Assembly (NCBI GenBank): GCA_023144005.1
Contig: JAGLGN010000032.1
Span: forward strand, 5,606 to 69,605
Source of the DNA: a bacterium
GTDB taxonomy: Bacteria > AUK180
Direction of reading: 5' to 3'
DNA: 64,000 nt
Below the pieces are notes generated by a model, which did no database searches, was not told the origin of the DNA, and saw nothing but the letters and a program-made list of their open reading frames with translations. Position 1 is the stretch's first letter, and each line of letters begins with the position of its first letter. Positions 28,697 through 38,350 of the stretch are shown in pieces. The translations under genes were made by a program, and so were the position numbers.

Positions 28697-29982
28697 GTTC
28701 TTCCTCTGAATTCCCCATCTTGAATATACAATTTCGCTTTGATGAATTTTCCGGGTGTCATCCGTTTGCCCGTAACTTTTATATTAAGGTCCACACCGGG
28801 AGAATCCCTGAAGGTCCTACCCTCATATCCTCCCTTTGCTTCGCGGTCAATGACCACTATTTCCTTTTTCCCGACGGGGAAGGTTTCATAAATATTTTCG
28901 GTCTGTATCTCTTCCAGCAGAGAGAGCCTCTTTTCAATTTTATCAAGGGGAACGGGCTGAAGCGAAAGAGAGTCGGTAATATTATTCTCATCGCTGAAAG
29001 GGAAAAAGACTGCCCTTTCAACCCTGTTCTTCCTCAGGAAATCAGCAAGTTCTTTAAAATCATCTTCACTCTCACCGGGAAATCCGATAATCAGATTAGT
29101 CCGCAAAATGCCTCCCGCTGAACGGATAAGGGGAAGGGAATCGTAAAACCCCTTATTCAAGGATGGGCGGCCCATGAAACGAAGCAGCCTTTCCGATACA
29201 TGCTGTATTGGAATATCAAAATACGGAATAATAGTTTTCATTTCCAGAAATCTTTCAACCCATGCGGGATCAATATCTGCGGGGTTGAGGTAATGCACCC
29301 TTATCCAGGTAAATCCCATCTTATCCAGCTCCTCAAGCAATTCAAGCAGGCGTGATCCGCCGAAAAGGTCTTTGCCGTAATCGGTGGTGTCCTGCGCGAT
29401 GATGATGAGCTCGCTTATACCTTGCTTAAGCAATTTCCCGGCTTCTGCCAGGATATCATTGATACTCCTGCTTCTTAAAGGGCCTTTGATATGCGGGATG
29501 AGACAGTATGTGCATTTATGAGAACAACCCTCGGCGATCTTCAGATACTCGTAATGAGCTCCTGTCAGCAGAAGCCGCTCCGCACCCGGATATTGATTGT
29601 TCTTTTCTCCGAAGATAAAACGCTTTCTCTCATTATAGAATTGTTTAGGAACATCATAATGATCTATTCCTCTAATAAGATCAACATCCTTGAATATCTT
29701 CTTATCCCTGCCGAAACGCTCCGCCATACATCCGCTGACAATGATCTTTAATTGGGGATTTGTCTTTTTTAATTCAAGATATTCTTCTATCACATCCTCT
29801 GCCTCTTTAATTGAACTTTCGAGGAATCCGCAGGTATTGATGACTATATGATCGGCTTCGTAGGGGTCGAAGGTGATCTCATAATTTCCATCCATGATAG
29901 ATGAAGCCGCAAGTATTTCAGAATCTACCAGATTTCTTGGACATCCCAGGGAAATCAGGAATACCTTCTGCTTTTTTTTCAT
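28693..29982 (-). CDS. rimO: Ribosomal protein S12 methylthiotransferase RimO (radical SAM MTTase)
   Basis: 429 aa. N-terminal MTTase domain LGCPRNLVDSE, radical SAM CSHKCTYC, C-terminal TRAM domain. Confidence 0.85.
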   Translation of the reverse strand: MKKKQKVFLISLGCPRNLVDSEILAASSIMDGNYEITFDPYEADHIVINTCGFLESSIKEAEDVIEEYLELKKTNPQLKIIVSGCMAERFGRDKKIFKDVDLIRGIDHYDVPKQFYNERKRFIFGEKNNQYPGAERLLLTGAHYEYLKIAEGCSHKCTYCLIPHIKGPLRSRSINDILAEAGKLLKQGISELIIIAQDTTDYGKDLFGGSRLLELLEELDKMGFTWIRVHYLNPADIDPAWVERFLEMKTIIPYFDIPIQHVSERLLRFMGRPSLNKGFYDSLPLIRSAGGILRTNLIIGFPGESEDDFKELADFLRKNRVERAVFFPFSDENNITDSLSLQPVPLDKIEKRLSLLEEIQTENIYETFPVGKKEIVVIDREAKGGYEGRTFRDSPGVDLNIKVTGKRMTPGKFIKAKLYIQDGEFRGRT

Positions 29983-30629
29983 AGGGAGAAATACTTTTTC
30001 AGTTTCCCCTCAGTAACTTTCTTCTTTTTATATGATTCTATGCGGAAATGAAGTATCCTTCCGTCGGTGCCGGTAAATACCACTTCCTTCAACTTAAAAT
30101 TCTTCTCATCAATGAGAAATTCAATGGAGGAGAACGGAAAATTCTTATCCATGGGTTTGATCTTAACAAGGACGATCCCGTCCGAACTCCTGAAGACCTC
30201 TTTATGGAATTGCTCCCATTTCTTCTTGGAAGGGATGATATAGGTAAGAGAATCATCTTCCAGTTCGAACTCCTTTCTAACCCTCTTGCCGCTCTCTTCG
30301 GTTTCATAATGCAAGGCGTCTCCGTTTGAAACATAAATATCACTTGTAGAATTCTTCATTTCCAATCGGAATTTTTTTGAATTTAAAAGATATATCCCCT
30401 TGCCGTTCATTTCACTCCACTTCTCTAAAAAAGGGATCCACACCCGCTCGGAGAAACTAAGGAATACTGTATCATTGCTGTTAAATACAGCATATAGGGA
30501 ATGGAGAAAAAGTGATGAGTCCTTTTCTTTCATCGGAACAAAGGTATCATTGTATAATGTGAATCCGAAATTCAGCAATGCGGCGATCACCAAAAGGATC
30601 AGAGAAAATCTTTTCTCATATCGTACCAT
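29979..30629 (-). CDS. LolA-like periplasmic lipoprotein-carrier-like protein (hypothetical)
   Basis: 216 aa. Signal/TM anchor. Sits immediately downstream of ftsK, which is the conserved ftsK-lolA synteny. No strong motif. Confidence 0.4.
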   Translation of the reverse strand: MVRYEKRFSLILLVIAALLNFGFTLYNDTFVPMKEKDSSLFLHSLYAVFNSNDTVFLSFSERVWIPFLEKWSEMNGKGIYLLNSKKFRLEMKNSTSDIYVSNGDALHYETEESGKRVRKEFELEDDSLTYIIPSKKKWEQFHKEVFRSSDGIVLVKIKPMDKNFPFSSIEFLIDEKNFKLKEVVFTGTDGRILHFRIESYKKKKVTEGKLKKYFSL

Positions 30630-32797
30630 TTTTCCTCCGTGATGAGCATTTCCCTTTTGCCCGATTTGTCCTTTTGTGAAACGATGCCGTTCTGCTCCAT
30701 CAAGTGGATCAGCCGGGATGATCTGTTGTATCCTATAGATAGAACCGTCTGAAGGTAAGATGTCGAAACCTTTCCTGCCTCCAGCAGAGCTGATACCGCC
30801 GGGACAAAAAGCTCATCGTCCACCTCTTTAGTTCCAGCGTCAAGGCCGTTCAAAGCCGCTTCGGTAACATACTCCTCTTCCCAATCAAAGAATTCCTGCT
30901 GATCCAGCGAGGCCCAGTATTGAACTATTCTCAAGGTCTCTTCATCAGCGGGAAAAGGAGCCTGCGCTCTGACGAGATCACTGGAGCCCGGGGGAAGATA
31001 AAGCAGATCGCCTTTTCCTAAAAGTGCTTCTGCGCCGTTCTTGTCAAAGATCGTTCTTGAATCGACTTTCGAGGCAACCCGGAAGGAGATCCGAACAGGG
31101 AAATTGCTCTTAATGACCCCGGTGATAACATCCACCGAAGGCCTCTGTGTAGCTAATACAAGATGTATACCAACTGCACGCGCCAATTGCGCTAAACGGG
31201 CTATGGAAGACTCTACATCGCCTCTGGCGACCATCATGAGATCAGCGAGCTCATCAATGATCACGACTATATAGGGGAATTTCTTCAATTCCTGATCTTC
31301 CTTGGAATGTTTTTCAACATAAGCATTATATTTGGTAATGTGATTGAGGCCGTAATTGGCCATCTCACGGTATCTGAACTCCATCCGGCGAACCATTTCC
31401 TGAAGCTTCTTTGCAGCAGTCTTTGGTTCGACCACAATATCTCCGAGTATATGCGGTAATTTACTGAATTTGGTCATCTCGACCCTCTTCGGATCTATGA
31501 GCAGCATCCTCAGGTCATCCGGAGTGAATTGCATCAGCAGAAAATCGATAAGGGCTTTTATCATCACGGATTTGCCTGAACCGGTTGACCCCGCGATGAG
31601 CAGATGCGGCATATCATTCAGGCAGCCGGCGATATGCGAGCCGTCGATCGTGCACCCGATACCGAAAGCCAGCCCTTTACATTTTTTCAGAGGGCCGCCC
31701 ATGAATTCACTCAAGGCAATTGTCCGCTTATTCTCGTTCGGTATCTCAATGCCTATTGCCTGTTTTCCCGGGATGGGGGCGATTATTCTCACCGGTGATT
31801 TTGCGAGGGCGTAGGAGATATCATTTTCCAGAGAAGTTATCTGACTGACCCTTTGTCCCGGCGATAGCGTTATCTCATAACGGGTAACCGTGGGCCCGGT
31901 AACATAAGAGGCAAGCGTTGCTTCCACACCAAGGAGGTTCAATTTTTCAATGAGTATCTCCCCCAATGCCTCAAGAGCATCCACATCGTTCTTCAGATTA
32001 CCCTTGGAAACGGGATTTAGGATCGACGCGGGGGGCGGCTTGATCTGTCCGGCGCTCATGACAGGAATGGGGATCGCCTCTATTTTTTTCTGAGGTGCTT
32101 TCGCAGTTTTCTTCTCGGATACTTTTGCTTTCTTCTTCTGGGGAGCGGGTTTACTGCTCAATTTTTTCTCTTTTCTTTTTATTCTTTTCTGCTTTTCCTT
32201 TTCCACTGTTTTTTCAAGAGATTTCCGCTTTCTCTCTCTTCTGAGTGCAATGAGATTGAACACCTTGTTCTTGAGTTTTTGAACGAATTTCCGAAAAAGG
32301 AAATTCGTCATTGTAAATATCGCGCCAACAGTGAGCAGTACGGCAACGATGATCGCGCCGAGTTTGCCGGCCGTCTTAATAAGGATGCGCACAGAGAACC
32401 ACCCCAAATACCCTATCTTGAAAAGTATGTCCTGAGTCGGCTTGGCATTACCTACAACACTCTTTGAAATGAAAAGGCCGAATATTATGGAGAAGGCGAA
32501 CATAAAGAGAAATACTCCATAAAAACTCTTAAAATTCCTATCGCTGCTGTCAAAAAGCCGAATGCCTATATATATCAGCATCAATGGTATCAGAAGGCTT
32601 GACCAGCCGAAAGCGACCTTCAGGCCGAAGGCGATGACCATACCTATCTGTCCGATCACCGAATAATCCTTCGCAACATTTGTTACCAACGGGTTTTTGG
32701 CGGGATTATATGTTACAAGGCTGAATCCCACATATATGGCCAGCAAAAATATGATTATGCCGATAAGTTCGAATTTTTGTTCTTTTTTTATGTTCAT
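30599..32797 (-). CDS. ftsK: DNA translocase FtsK/SpoIIIE
   Basis: 732 aa. N-terminal TM helices, K/P-rich linker, motor with Walker A GSTGSGKSV, C-terminal gamma winged-helix domain. Confidence 0.9.
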   Translation of the reverse strand: MNIKKEQKFELIGIIIFLLAIYVGFSLVTYNPAKNPLVTNVAKDYSVIGQIGMVIAFGLKVAFGWSSLLIPLMLIYIGIRLFDSSDRNFKSFYGVFLFMFAFSIIFGLFISKSVVGNAKPTQDILFKIGYLGWFSVRILIKTAGKLGAIIVAVLLTVGAIFTMTNFLFRKFVQKLKNKVFNLIALRRERKRKSLEKTVEKEKQKRIKRKEKKLSSKPAPQKKKAKVSEKKTAKAPQKKIEAIPIPVMSAGQIKPPPASILNPVSKGNLKNDVDALEALGEILIEKLNLLGVEATLASYVTGPTVTRYEITLSPGQRVSQITSLENDISYALAKSPVRIIAPIPGKQAIGIEIPNENKRTIALSEFMGGPLKKCKGLAFGIGCTIDGSHIAGCLNDMPHLLIAGSTGSGKSVMIKALIDFLLMQFTPDDLRMLLIDPKRVEMTKFSKLPHILGDIVVEPKTAAKKLQEMVRRMEFRYREMANYGLNHITKYNAYVEKHSKEDQELKKFPYIVVIIDELADLMMVARGDVESSIARLAQLARAVGIHLVLATQRPSVDVITGVIKSNFPVRISFRVASKVDSRTIFDKNGAEALLGKGDLLYLPPGSSDLVRAQAPFPADEETLRIVQYWASLDQQEFFDWEEEYVTEAALNGLDAGTKEVDDELFVPAVSALLEAGKVSTSYLQTVLSIGYNRSSRLIHLMEQNGIVSQKDKSGKREMLITEEKWYDMRKDFL

Positions 32798-33588
32798 ATA
32801 AAAATAACCGTTACCAATCCTGCTATTATAGCATAGATCCCGAAAAGATAGTATTTTCCTGAGTTCACTAAATTGCGAAGTAATTTAAGAGCAAAATATC
32901 CCGAGATCAAAGCGGCCAGAAAACCAATGATCATCTGACTCATCGGCAAGGATTGAGCACCGCCTGCGCCGGATATGGTTTCCAGAATAAAAGCGCCGCC
33001 GATGGCGGGAAGTGACAGTAAAAATGAAAAATTGAATGCCTTTTCGGGAGAAAGGCCTGAAATGCCCCCAGCCAAGATAGTCGCACCCGATCTTGATATA
33101 CCGGGTATCGCGGCAAAGCCCTGCATCAGTCCTACAAATGCTCCGGATGCCGGATTCGCGGTCTTGATACTGTTTTTGTTCTTTGTAAGAAAGACTTGTG
33201 CAAGAATATTGATACCGCCGGTGAATAATAATGCCCACCCGGCAACCTTAGGAGTAGAGAACATATCCATCAGGATCTTCTTGAAAAATATTATGAACAC
33301 CGCAGTAACCAGTGTTCCCAGTAAAAGGGAATGTAGCAGAGCGGCTTTCTTTGAAAAGGGGTTCTTGAACATCAGCAGTACTTCCCAGATCTGCTTACGC
33401 ATGAAGATCAGAACCGCGAGTAATGTACCCATATGGAGAACTATCCCGAAGTACACATTACCGGAAAACTCGTTTCCCATTAGAGATTGTATGATAGAAA
33501 GATGTCCCGATGATGATATCGGTAGGAATTCGGTCGCCCCCTGCACCAATCCCAGGAGCAGGGAGTAAACCGATCTGAGTACGCTCAT
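32794..33588 (-). CDS. uppP: Undecaprenyl-diphosphatase
   Basis: 264 aa. GATEFLPISSSGHL signature. Confidence 0.9.
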   Translation of the reverse strand: MSVLRSVYSLLLGLVQGATEFLPISSSGHLSIIQSLMGNEFSGNVYFGIVLHMGTLLAVLIFMRKQIWEVLLMFKNPFSKKAALLHSLLLGTLVTAVFIIFFKKILMDMFSTPKVAGWALLFTGGINILAQVFLTKNKNSIKTANPASGAFVGLMQGFAAIPGISRSGATILAGGISGLSPEKAFNFSFLLSLPAIGGAFILETISGAGGAQSLPMSQMIIGFLAALISGYFALKLLRNLVNSGKYYLFGIYAIIAGLVTVIFI

Positions 33589-34947
33589 TTACTTATTGAG
33601 CACTCCGCTTTTTTCAATATTGGATACTATTTCAGCGATGTATTTATCATTCTTTCTCTTGAGAACCTTTTTTGCCCAATAATAGGCCTTCTTATGGTCT
33701 TTATTAGAATAATAAGCCACGGTGATACCCATCATGGAAGGAAGGAAGCGGCCGTCCAGACTAAGAGCTTTCTTGAAATACTGAATGGCTTTCTGAAAAT
33801 TCGGTGTCTTCTTGCTCATATAACACTTACCAAGATTATGAAGAACGCTTATATCGGCTTTTTTGAGCATCTCTACTCTTGCGTAATAATTTATTGCCTG
33901 ACTGTATTTTTGAAGGTCCATATAGGCGTCACCGATATTTACTAAAACCAGATAGTCGCTTCCGCCGTATTGCTCCGCGATCTTGAATTGTTCCATGGCA
34001 GCCTGTTTCTTACCCATCTTAAAGAGCGCTTTACCCGCGCCGAGATAACCTATGGCGTTAGTATCGTCCTTTTCAATAACCTTGTCAAAGAGCCCCTTGG
34101 CCTTTTCATATTCGCCGTTATCCAGAGCATCCTGGCCGAGCCAGGTAAGCACTTGAGCATCTTCACCGCCCATTTTCTCCAGCTTCGCCATTTCCTTTAA
34201 AACGAGTTCTTTTTCACCCATGGTGCTCAGAACATTGATCTTAAGCTTGATGAGGTTCATATTCTTTGAGTCTTTCTTCAGCCGCTTCGAAATGGTCTTC
34301 AGGGCTTCGTCGAATCTTTTTGTTCTCTGATATATCTGTATCAGCTGAGTTGACATGGTCTCTTCGAAATCCGGATGCACCATAGCGTTCAGGGCAGCAT
34401 TTTCTGCCTGCGTCCAATTCTCTTCCTCAAAGTAGATAATATAAAGATTGTAATAGATCGAGGCCTGATTCTTCTTGACTGATTCCTCTTTCTCCATATC
34501 GGATTCTTCGGTTTTCAATCCCTTATCGAAATACTTCTTGGCCTGTGACTTGAATTCCTTCTTTTGAGCGTCAATCTTGGAAGCGGTTGACTTTCTCAAA
34601 TAAGAGGTACCTATCTGTAGATATGCATAGGTGGTCGGCGTCTGAGCAAGGGATTTGACATACCATTCTATGGCACCATCGACATCGTCCACACGGTATT
34701 CCATATTGGCAAGGCTGTAATAGGCACTCACAAATTCCGGGGATGACTTGACAACCTTCTTGAAATACTTCGCTGCTTCTTCGAATTTAGCCGATCTATC
34801 TTCATCGGAAAGGCCGTTAGTTGTATCTAAAGCCTCGGTTTCGGCCTTTTTTGCACGCTTCCAATAGTTAGCGGAGAGTTCTCCCCAACCGTAAACTACC
34901 GAAAAGCTAAATAATGTAACAAGCAAAACTGCGATGATCTTTTTCAT
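33589..34947 (-). CDS. Secreted TPR-repeat protein
   Basis: 452 aa. Signal peptide. Repeated AxxYYxxA TPR-like units. AAGGAG RBS. Confidence 0.7.
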   Translation of the reverse strand: MKKIIAVLLVTLFSFSVVYGWGELSANYWKRAKKAETEALDTTNGLSDEDRSAKFEEAAKYFKKVVKSSPEFVSAYYSLANMEYRVDDVDGAIEWYVKSLAQTPTTYAYLQIGTSYLRKSTASKIDAQKKEFKSQAKKYFDKGLKTEESDMEKEESVKKNQASIYYNLYIIYFEEENWTQAENAALNAMVHPDFEETMSTQLIQIYQRTKRFDEALKTISKRLKKDSKNMNLIKLKINVLSTMGEKELVLKEMAKLEKMGGEDAQVLTWLGQDALDNGEYEKAKGLFDKVIEKDDTNAIGYLGAGKALFKMGKKQAAMEQFKIAEQYGGSDYLVLVNIGDAYMDLQKYSQAINYYARVEMLKKADISVLHNLGKCYMSKKTPNFQKAIQYFKKALSLDGRFLPSMMGITVAYYSNKDHKKAYYWAKKVLKRKNDKYIAEIVSNIEKSGVLNK

Positions 34948-34958
34948 CCTACAACTCC

Positions 34959-35054
34959 TTAGTAGGCTTTCTTTTTATGTCTATTTGCCCTTCTTTTCTT
35001 TCTTCTTTTGTGTTTTTTGACCTTCAAAAGCTTTCTTCTGCGTCCTGACGGCAT
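34959..35054 (-). CDS. Unlisted 31-aa K/R-rich small ORF, candidate bS22/bTHX-class ribosomal protein
   Basis: Manual translation gives MPSGRRRKLLKVKKHKRRKKRRANRHKKKAY. Strong GGAGG RBS 6 nt upstream. Begins 11 nt upstream of the TPR gene on the same strand. Confidence 0.45.
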   Translation of the reverse strand: MPSGRRRKLLKVKKHKRRKKRRANRHKKKAY

Positions 35055-35111
35055 GGCGTCCTCCTGTATAAAAATATTAATTATTCATTATACAGTATTT
35101 ACACCCTGTTT

Positions 35112-36875
35112 TCAATCAATAAAGGCAAATTTCAAGACCTTTTTAAAGAGCCCACCTGATTTCTCTGCCTTTATATAAACAAGATATATGCCAGATGCTA
35201 AAGAAGTGCCATCAGGGCGTAACTTATCAACGATAAAGGAGTCCTCTACCACATTTGAAGTGCTTGTTTTCGGCGGGAAAGTGTAGATAATACTGCCATC
35301 GATAGAATATATGGAACAGTTAAGCAGCCAACCCTCTTGAGGAACCTCCAGCGCGATAACCGTATTACTCCCGAAGGCGGGATTAGGAACGATCTTCACA
35401 GCTATTTCCTCACTTTCGAACGGCTGCATTTCAATATTTATCTCCTGTGGTGTCTGATCGATGGAGAAAGGGTGAAATACCGTTTGATAACCCGGTTTGG
35501 AGACCATAAGAGTATAGTCCCCTGCTGTCAGCCCCCAGTAATAATTACCAGCGGTATTTGAATACCTATTTCTCACCAGTGAATAATTGTACAGCTCTGT
35601 TATCTTCAGGGTTGCTCCGGAAATGGGTAATCCTGTCTCAGCATCGGAGATACAGCCGTAAATGTGCCTTGAACAGATCTCTTGCGCGAAGCTTAGAAAT
35701 CCTTCATACTGCTCAGGCAAATAGGCCTCAACAACCGACCAGGACGGGTGAAAGCCCAATGATGAGGGGCCGGCCTCGACCGTGAATGCAAGTGTGCCGA
35801 GTTCACCATAAAGCCAATCATCGGAATCACCGGCTGCAGGATACAGGAACACACTCATATAGGGATCATACTTCTCACTGCTGGAATATTTATCCATCAC
35901 CGCTGACATTGAGGAGGCGATCTGAGATAGCCGGCCGTGATCGGGAGTATAAACATAATCGTAGCCGAAAGGAAAGAGGATCATCTCGCCATAAGTGTGA
36001 AAAGACAAAGAGGCGATCGGATTAAGTTCTGTCGCAAGGTCTCTGACCGCGATATTCTCATATTCAGTAAACGGGCCGGTGCCGGGAAAAACATCGCTTG
36101 TAGAATCAAATTCCACACCGGATTCACCCCAATGCCAGTCATAATTTCTATTGGGATCAACACCGTCATCGATAGCGGCATATGATTGATCGGAATTATT
36201 ATCCCTTGTATTCTTTCTCCAGAAAGAGTCAAGTCCGCTGTAAACCACTTCAAGGCCGTCCGGATTGACCATTGGAACAAACCATAACGCATAATTGTCC
36301 ACAAGAGCGGAAAAGAAGGTATCCCCCTCACTGATGTCATTCAGAAGATTTTCCATGATGTAGAGGACGATCTCCGTCGTTTCCAGCTCTCTGGCGTGAT
36401 GCTCGCCCATGATCAGGATATTGAATTCCTCCTCATCCACAGAAGGATTGTCCGAGATCCTCAATGCCCATATGTCACGAGAGGTATAGCTTGCGTTATA
36501 CCCTGTACCCTTGACCTTCTCCCAGGAATCTCCGATATCGTAGATCTCCACATAAGCGGGATAAGAATCCTTCAATGCCTCGATACGCAGCAAAGCAGTA
36601 TCATAGGAGGAATATCCCGTGATCGAGCGGTTGATGGCGATCACCTCAAATCCCGAAGAACCGCAAAGCGCCGCGTACTCCTCTATCTGTGATTCATTCA
36701 ACACAACATCGACCGACGAGGGAATTACCATTTGAATGTCCCAGCCCTTGATCGGCGGGTCAAGAGGGTCGTTGAAGCGGACGAGTACCTGCTCCGCTCC
36801 GATACTCACCGTGATAATAAATAGAATAAGGACAAAAAATGGTACCCGGCCTATATTTTTTACTTTTTTCTCCAT
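35112..36875 (-). CDS. Secreted M14 zinc carboxypeptidase with type-IX-secretion-like C-terminal sorting domain
   Basis: 587 aa. Signal peptide. M14 motifs (HARE, FHTYGEMILFPFGYDYVY). C-terminal roughly 80 aa beta-rich domain ending GIYLVYIKAEKSGGLFKKVLKFAFID, resembling a T9SS CTD. Confidence 0.7.
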   Translation of the reverse strand: MEKKVKNIGRVPFFVLILFIITVSIGAEQVLVRFNDPLDPPIKGWDIQMVIPSSVDVVLNESQIEEYAALCGSSGFEVIAINRSITGYSSYDTALLRIEALKDSYPAYVEIYDIGDSWEKVKGTGYNASYTSRDIWALRISDNPSVDEEEFNILIMGEHHARELETTEIVLYIMENLLNDISEGDTFFSALVDNYALWFVPMVNPDGLEVVYSGLDSFWRKNTRDNNSDQSYAAIDDGVDPNRNYDWHWGESGVEFDSTSDVFPGTGPFTEYENIAVRDLATELNPIASLSFHTYGEMILFPFGYDYVYTPDHGRLSQIASSMSAVMDKYSSSEKYDPYMSVFLYPAAGDSDDWLYGELGTLAFTVEAGPSSLGFHPSWSVVEAYLPEQYEGFLSFAQEICSRHIYGCISDAETGLPISGATLKITELYNYSLVRNRYSNTAGNYYWGLTAGDYTLMVSKPGYQTVFHPFSIDQTPQEINIEMQPFESEEIAVKIVPNPAFGSNTVIALEVPQEGWLLNCSIYSIDGSIIYTFPPKTSTSNVVEDSFIVDKLRPDGTSLASGIYLVYIKAEKSGGLFKKVLKFAFID

Positions 36876-37236
36876 TTCTAAATTACCCTCATCTGTGGGA
36901 TTATACCATAAGCGATGCGAGAATCAAAAAAAAAGTACGAAGTACGGGGTGCGATGTACGAGGTGAAAACGAAAACAATATCCACATCCGTAACCGGAAA
37001 AACATTATTTCGTTGCTTTCAATAAAATCACCCATTAAAACAATAGAACACCGGAGCGAAGGAAGATATGGGACATGTCGTACGCTGCAGGCGTTCGTCT
37101 GTCCCGATGTAAAAGTTCAAAGCAAAGAGTTGACAGGAAGCGAAGCGTGTAAACTCTTTGCCCCGTTAGAATCAAGTACTAACCTTATCCACAACTTCCT
37201 TTTCTGCAATTCTCCATTCTTCCTTTCCCCCTGTTC

Positions 37237-37282
37237 CACTGGGTCCACTTGTACCTGGGTCCACTGCGAAGCGCCATTGTCA
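37237..37282 (+). promoter_or_regulatory. Conserved upstream element, copy A (CACTGGGTCC-ACTTGTACC-TGGGTCCAC-TGCGAAGCGCCATTGTCA)
   Basis: 26 of 27 nt identical to copy B at 63569-63623, which lies in the same orientation relative to its downstream gene. Followed by two CCATTGTCAATT direct repeats. Confidence 0.45.
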
Positions 37283-37357
37283 ATTGTCCATTGTCAATTT
37301 CTCAATTATTCATTCTCCCCTCTGCACCTATCACCTCTTTTCTGCACTTACTCTCTG

Positions 37358-37386
37358 TTGACACCCCCGCACTCATTCAGTATAAT
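37358..37386 (+). promoter_or_regulatory. Consensus sigma-70 promoter TTGACA-17-TATAAT, with the -10 ending 5 nt before the GGDEF ATG (leaderless mRNA)
   Basis: TTGACA at 37358-37363, a 17-nt spacer, TATAAT at 37381-37386, ATG at 37392. No room for an SD. Confidence 0.55.
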
Positions 37387-37391
37387 AACAC

Positions 37392-38309
37392 ATGGCTGAT
37401 AAAACATTTCCGAGCACATATTTCGAAAAGATCATCGAGAATATCTCCGGGGGAGTGTATATAGTGAATACCTCCCGCAAAGTAATCTATTGGAATAAGG
37501 GAGCAGAAGCGATCACCGGCTTTTCCAATGAGGAAATGATGGGTAAGGAATGTGCGTTCGTCGGTGATAAACTTATCAACGGTCACGGGGAAAAACCCTG
37601 CGATGATAAATGTCCGTTCAATATCACCAGCAAAGCAACTGAAAGGCGCAAAGGAGATGAGCTTTTTTTCCTGCACAAAGCAGGACATAGGATCCCTGTT
37701 ATCGTTAGATCGATACCCCTTTTGAATAAAGATGGGGAAGTTGAGGCGATGGGAGAGTATTTCTTTGATAATTCTATCTTTGTTCTCGCTTTGGAACAAC
37801 TTGAGAAATTTCACAATGACTCTACCGTTGACAAATTAACCGGCATCGGGAACAGGAGATACGCCGAATCTCATCTCAAATATCTTTCCAAGAGAAACCT
37901 TTCTTTGAATGACCCCTTCTCTCTTTTATTTGTGGATATTGATGACTTCAAAAAAATAAACGATGTATTCGGGCATGAAACAGGTGACAAGATACTTCAA
38001 ATGACCGTTAATTCGCTCAAGAGCGGATTAAGAGGAACTGATCTCTTGTTCAGGTGGGGAGGTGAGGAATTTCTCATTATTCTTCCATCCACTGAATTAG
38101 AAAGGATCAAGAGCATTGGCGAAAGATGCAGAATGCTGGTTGAGAACTCTTCTATTGAACATGAGGGACAGCGGATATCTGTCACCGTTTCTCTCGGGGG
38201 CACGCAATATATTTCCGGCGAGGACTCTCTTATTGCTGTTGACAGAGCTGATACATATCTTTATTCCAGTAAGAAGGACGGAAAAAACATCACCACCATT
38301 GGGAAATAG
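37392..38309 (+). CDS. PAS-domain diguanylate cyclase (GGDEF)
   Basis: 305 aa. N-terminal PAS. GGDEF domain with an intact GGEEF active-site motif (RWGGEEFLIILP). Confidence 0.85.
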   Translation: MADKTFPSTYFEKIIENISGGVYIVNTSRKVIYWNKGAEAITGFSNEEMMGKECAFVGDKLINGHGEKPCDDKCPFNITSKATERRKGDELFFLHKAGHRIPVIVRSIPLLNKDGEVEAMGEYFFDNSIFVLALEQLEKFHNDSTVDKLTGIGNRRYAESHLKYLSKRNLSLNDPFSLLFVDIDDFKKINDVFGHETGDKILQMTVNSLKSGLRGTDLLFRWGGEEFLIILPSTELERIKSIGERCRMLVENSSIEHEGQRISVTVSLGGTQYISGEDSLIAVDRADTYLYSSKKDGKNITTIGK

Positions 38310-38315
38310 TAATAT

Positions 38316-38350
38316 GGGGACGATGGTTGCAGAAGTTGCAACCTCACCCC
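38316..38350 (+). terminator. Candidate hairpin terminator after the GGDEF gene
   Basis: GGGGAcgatGGTTGCAgaagtTGCAACCtcaCCCC: nested 7-bp and 4-bp stems, followed by a moderately U-rich tract (CAAUAUUCUC). Also forms one arm of a long-range inverted repeat with 38517-38541. Confidence 0.35.
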
